Assembly (NCBI GenBank): GCA_052386995.1
Contig: JBQTJP010000325.1
Location: forward strand, 1 to 19,208
Length of the DNA stretch: 19,208 nucleotides
Reading direction: 5' to 3'
Source of the DNA: Armatimonadota bacterium
GTDB lineage: Bacteria > Sysuimicrobiota > Sysuimicrobiia > Sysuimicrobiales > Humicultoraceae
The notes under the pieces are model-generated. The model searched no databases and was not told where the DNA came from. It was given only the letters and a program-made list of their open reading frames with translations. This document shows positions 16,926 to 19,208 of this stretch, in pieces. The position numbers and the translations under genes were made by a program. Position 1 is the first letter of the stretch, and every line of letters starts with the position of its first letter.

Positions 16926-17873
16926 ATGTCCGATGCTCCAGTGGAGCCGCGCATCCAATACACGCGGACAGCCGACGGACTGAGCATCGCCTTCTGGACT
17001 CTGAGCCAGGGCAAGCCCCTCGTGTACTTGGCCGGAGGGCCCTGGAGCCACATTGAGTTATGGCAGGTGCCTGAGTGCCGGCGCTGGTATGGGCGCTTGG
17101 CGCGTGACAGGATGCTCATCCGCTACAACATGCGGGGAACGGGGCTCTCCGAGCGCAAGGTGTCGGACTTCTCGCTGGGTGCCCTGGTGCTAGACGTGGA
17201 GGCCGTCGATCAGGACTGGGAACTCATGACGGATACCTGCGCGCACATCGTGCTGGGATGGTCCGGGGGTGAACTGGGACGCCGCGCGGCAATGCACCTT
17301 CGTGAAAGCGTGACGCAGGAGGTGGCCCGGGCGGCACTCGACGCATTGCGCGCGTTCGATGTCACACACCTCCTGCCAGAGGTAAAGGCGCCGACGCTGG
17401 TCGTTCACCGTCAAGGGATCCCGTGGCTTCCGGTCGACATTGCGAGGGACCTTGCCTCCGCGATCCGAGGGGCTCGCCTCATGCTGTTGGGGGAGTCGAC
17501 GGCACCCTACCTGGGCGACACGGAAGCCGCGGCAAGGGCCATCGACGAGTTCCTCGGCGGTCGACGACCGACCGGGGCTCGCGAGGACGGCAAGACCGCT
17601 GGGCTTCGCGGCACCCCCGAGCAGGAACCTGACCTCGAAGAAGTGGCTGACGGCCGGCAGGCCCGGGCTGGGACATCCCGGAATGGTCTGACCGAGCGAG
17701 AGGCCCAGGTGCTACGCTTCATCGCCGGTGGCAGAACCAACAGGGAAATTGCCGGCGAACTGGTCCTGAGTGTCCGCACCGTTGAACGCCACATCGCCAA
17801 TATCTACGGCAAGATTGGCGCCCGTGGCCGGGCGGATGCGACCGTGTATGCGCTGACCCACGGCCTCATCTAG
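16926..17873 (+). CDS. Alpha/beta-hydrolase-fold + LuxR HTH regulator, apparently with an in-frame internal deletion
   Basis: IQYTRTADGLSIAF, RYNMRGTGLS, VKAPTLVVH, C-terminal LTEREAQVL..TVERHIANIYGK. The nucleophile-elbow region is missing after DVEAV. Confidence 0.8.
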   Translation: MSDAPVEPRIQYTRTADGLSIAFWTLSQGKPLVYLAGGPWSHIELWQVPECRRWYGRLARDRMLIRYNMRGTGLSERKVSDFSLGALVLDVEAVDQDWELMTDTCAHIVLGWSGGELGRRAAMHLRESVTQEVARAALDALRAFDVTHLLPEVKAPTLVVHRQGIPWLPVDIARDLASAIRGARLMLLGESTAPYLGDTEAAARAIDEFLGGRRPTGAREDGKTAGLRGTPEQEPDLEEVADGRQARAGTSRNGLTEREAQVLRFIAGGRTNREIAGELVLSVRTVERHIANIYGKIGARGRADATVYALTHGLI

Positions 17874-17890
17874 GCGGCGCATCGCATTCC

Positions 17891-17990
17891 TACGTGTTTC
17901 CCGCCAGAAGCGGCCGCAGCGCCGCCCCTTCCTCTTATCCGCGAAATGGGTAGTTGCTCGGATGGCGAGTAGCCGGTCCAGGGGTACGCT
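17891..17990 (+). promoter_or_regulatory. Putative LuxR-type operator/promoter upstream of merB copy 2
   Basis: Imperfect direct repeats TACGTGTTTCCCG (17891) and TGGGTAGTTGCTCGGATG (17947), then TACGCT at 17985. Confidence 0.4.
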
Positions 17991-18046
17991 GGTTCGCGGG
18001 ACAGCAAAGGAGGCTCATCCAGGGGAAGGCTGCCCGGGGGTGTGAC

Positions 18047-18703
18047 ATGCAGAAGGAACGGGCGAAGTTGGAGGAACTCGCAGACAAGATCGTCAAGGCG
18101 GTGCCGAAATCTGGACCCATCGAACAACGGATCGCCGTCCAGGTCTACCGGCTGCTCGCCGAAAGCGAGCCGGTCTCACCGCGAAGGCTCGCGGGAACCC
18201 TGAACCTCTCCGAGATCCGCGTGCGCGACAGCCTGGCCAGGTGGCCGGGGATCTACTACGACGGCGACAGGTCCATCATCGCCTTCTGGGGCCTCGCCCT
18301 CCCGGAGATGCCTCACCGGTTCCACGTCGATGGCCGGACGCTGTACACGTGGTGCGCCTGGGACAGCCTGTTCATTCCCGGGATTCTTGGAAAGAACGCC
18401 CGCGTCGAGTCGGCCGATCCGGTTACGAAGCAGAAGATCTCCCTGGTGGTGGGACCGAACGGGGTCAAGGAGGTTACCCCGGCCGGCACCGTCGTCTCAT
18501 TCCTGGCGCCGGAGACGCCCTTTGATGCAGACGTCATTCAGAGCTTCTGCCACTTCGTCCACTTCTTTAGTTCACCGGAGACCGCATCTAAGTGGATCTC
18601 CGAACACCCCAACACGTTCATACTTTCCGTGAACGAAGCCTACGAGCTCGGACGGCTGACCAACGAGCGGAACTTCGGGGAAGCGCTTGCCACAAAGGCC
18701 TAG
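18047..18703 (+). CDS. merB: Organomercurial lyase MerB-family protein, copy 2
   Basis: LYTWCAWDSL and FCHFVHFF; close paralog of 9394-10092. Confidence 0.88.
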   Translation: MQKERAKLEELADKIVKAVPKSGPIEQRIAVQVYRLLAESEPVSPRRLAGTLNLSEIRVRDSLARWPGIYYDGDRSIIAFWGLALPEMPHRFHVDGRTLYTWCAWDSLFIPGILGKNARVESADPVTKQKISLVVGPNGVKEVTPAGTVVSFLAPETPFDADVIQSFCHFVHFFSSPETASKWISEHPNTFILSVNEAYELGRLTNERNFGEALATKA

Positions 18704-18774
18704 TGGGCTTCGCTGGACGCTCTTGAGGCGCGGGGAAAGGAACGGCATAAGGCGCTTCACGAAAGGGACACCCA

Positions 18775-19208
18775 ATGGAACACCGGAGATCGGCAGTCTC
18801 TGATCTGCTCGGGCGCACGCCCGGGCCCGTCCAGAAAGTCCTCGACCGCATGCCTCAGGCTGCCGCAATCCGGCGCGAAGCGTTTCGAGCCCTGCGGCGC
18901 GGAGAGACGCCGGATGCCACCGTCCTCGCGGAGCGCTGCGGCATTCCGGTCTCCCAAATTGCCCAGGCCCTCGACCCCCTCCGCTCGGTCGGCGCGGTGC
19001 AAGTCGATGACAGGGGCCGGGTCGTGGCCATCGGCGGTCTGAGCACGCAGCCCACGCGGCACCGCCTGGTCCTCTCGGGGACGCCGTTCTACACATGGTG
19101 CGCGATCGACGCGCTCGGGATCCCCGCCGCGTTGGAAGAAGATGCGCTCGTCGCGACGTCGTGCCAGCATTGCGGACGCGCGGTAGAAATCCCGATGCGC
19201 GAGGGACG
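18775..19208 (+). CDS. merB: Third, divergent MerB-family protein, runs off the right edge
   Basis: Not in the ORF track. GAAAGGGA RBS, ATG 18775, ..GGLSTQPTRHRL..FYTWCAIDALGIPAAL..TSCQHCGRAV. Confidence 0.8.
   Translation, partial: MEHRRSAVSDLLGRTPGPVQKVLDRMPQAAAIRREAFRALRRGETPDATVLAERCGIPVSQIAQALDPLRSVGAVQVDDRGRVVAIGGLSTQPTRHRLVLSGTPFYTWCAIDALGIPAALEEDALVATSCQHCGRAVEIPMREG

Noticed and set aside
18006..18013. Strong RBS AAAGGAGG upstream of merB copy 2
   Set aside because: No properly spaced start codon follows; possibly another deletion scar, but this cannot be supported.
1..19208. CRISPR array, tRNA/rRNA, IS element or integrase
   Set aside because: None seen; the repeats are explained by paralogous genes and dispersed promoter elements.

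Overview
GC-rich bacterial DNA in two parts. Left (1-7.9 kb) is ordinary catabolic/transport content: acetoin/2-oxoacid dehydrogenase E1 beta and alpha, a beta-hydroxyacid dehydrogenase, a DUF6036-like nucleotidyltransferase with a small partner, two tandem TctC/Bug-like solute-binding proteins, SixA and a class III aminotransferase. Right (8.0-19.2 kb) is a partly duplicated, partly decayed thiol/selenol redox island. It holds three MerB (organomercurial lyase)-family genes with no merA/merR/merTP in the window, two WCGPC thioredoxins, and an exported TlpA followed by two DUF3179-like paralogs, one of which has an in-frame UGA at the redox Cys (a selenoprotein split in the ORF track). It also holds a broken deiodinase/peroxiredoxin-like gene, two atypical NarL-type regulators, three related tiny secreted peptides and two tiny membrane proteins. 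A conserved promoter element (SAGTACCnnnGYCYGTAG, 20 nt before a -10 box) occurs five times and suggests a regulon. Three inferred deletion junctions all coincide with TCGATC. Family names come from motif recognition, not from database searches.
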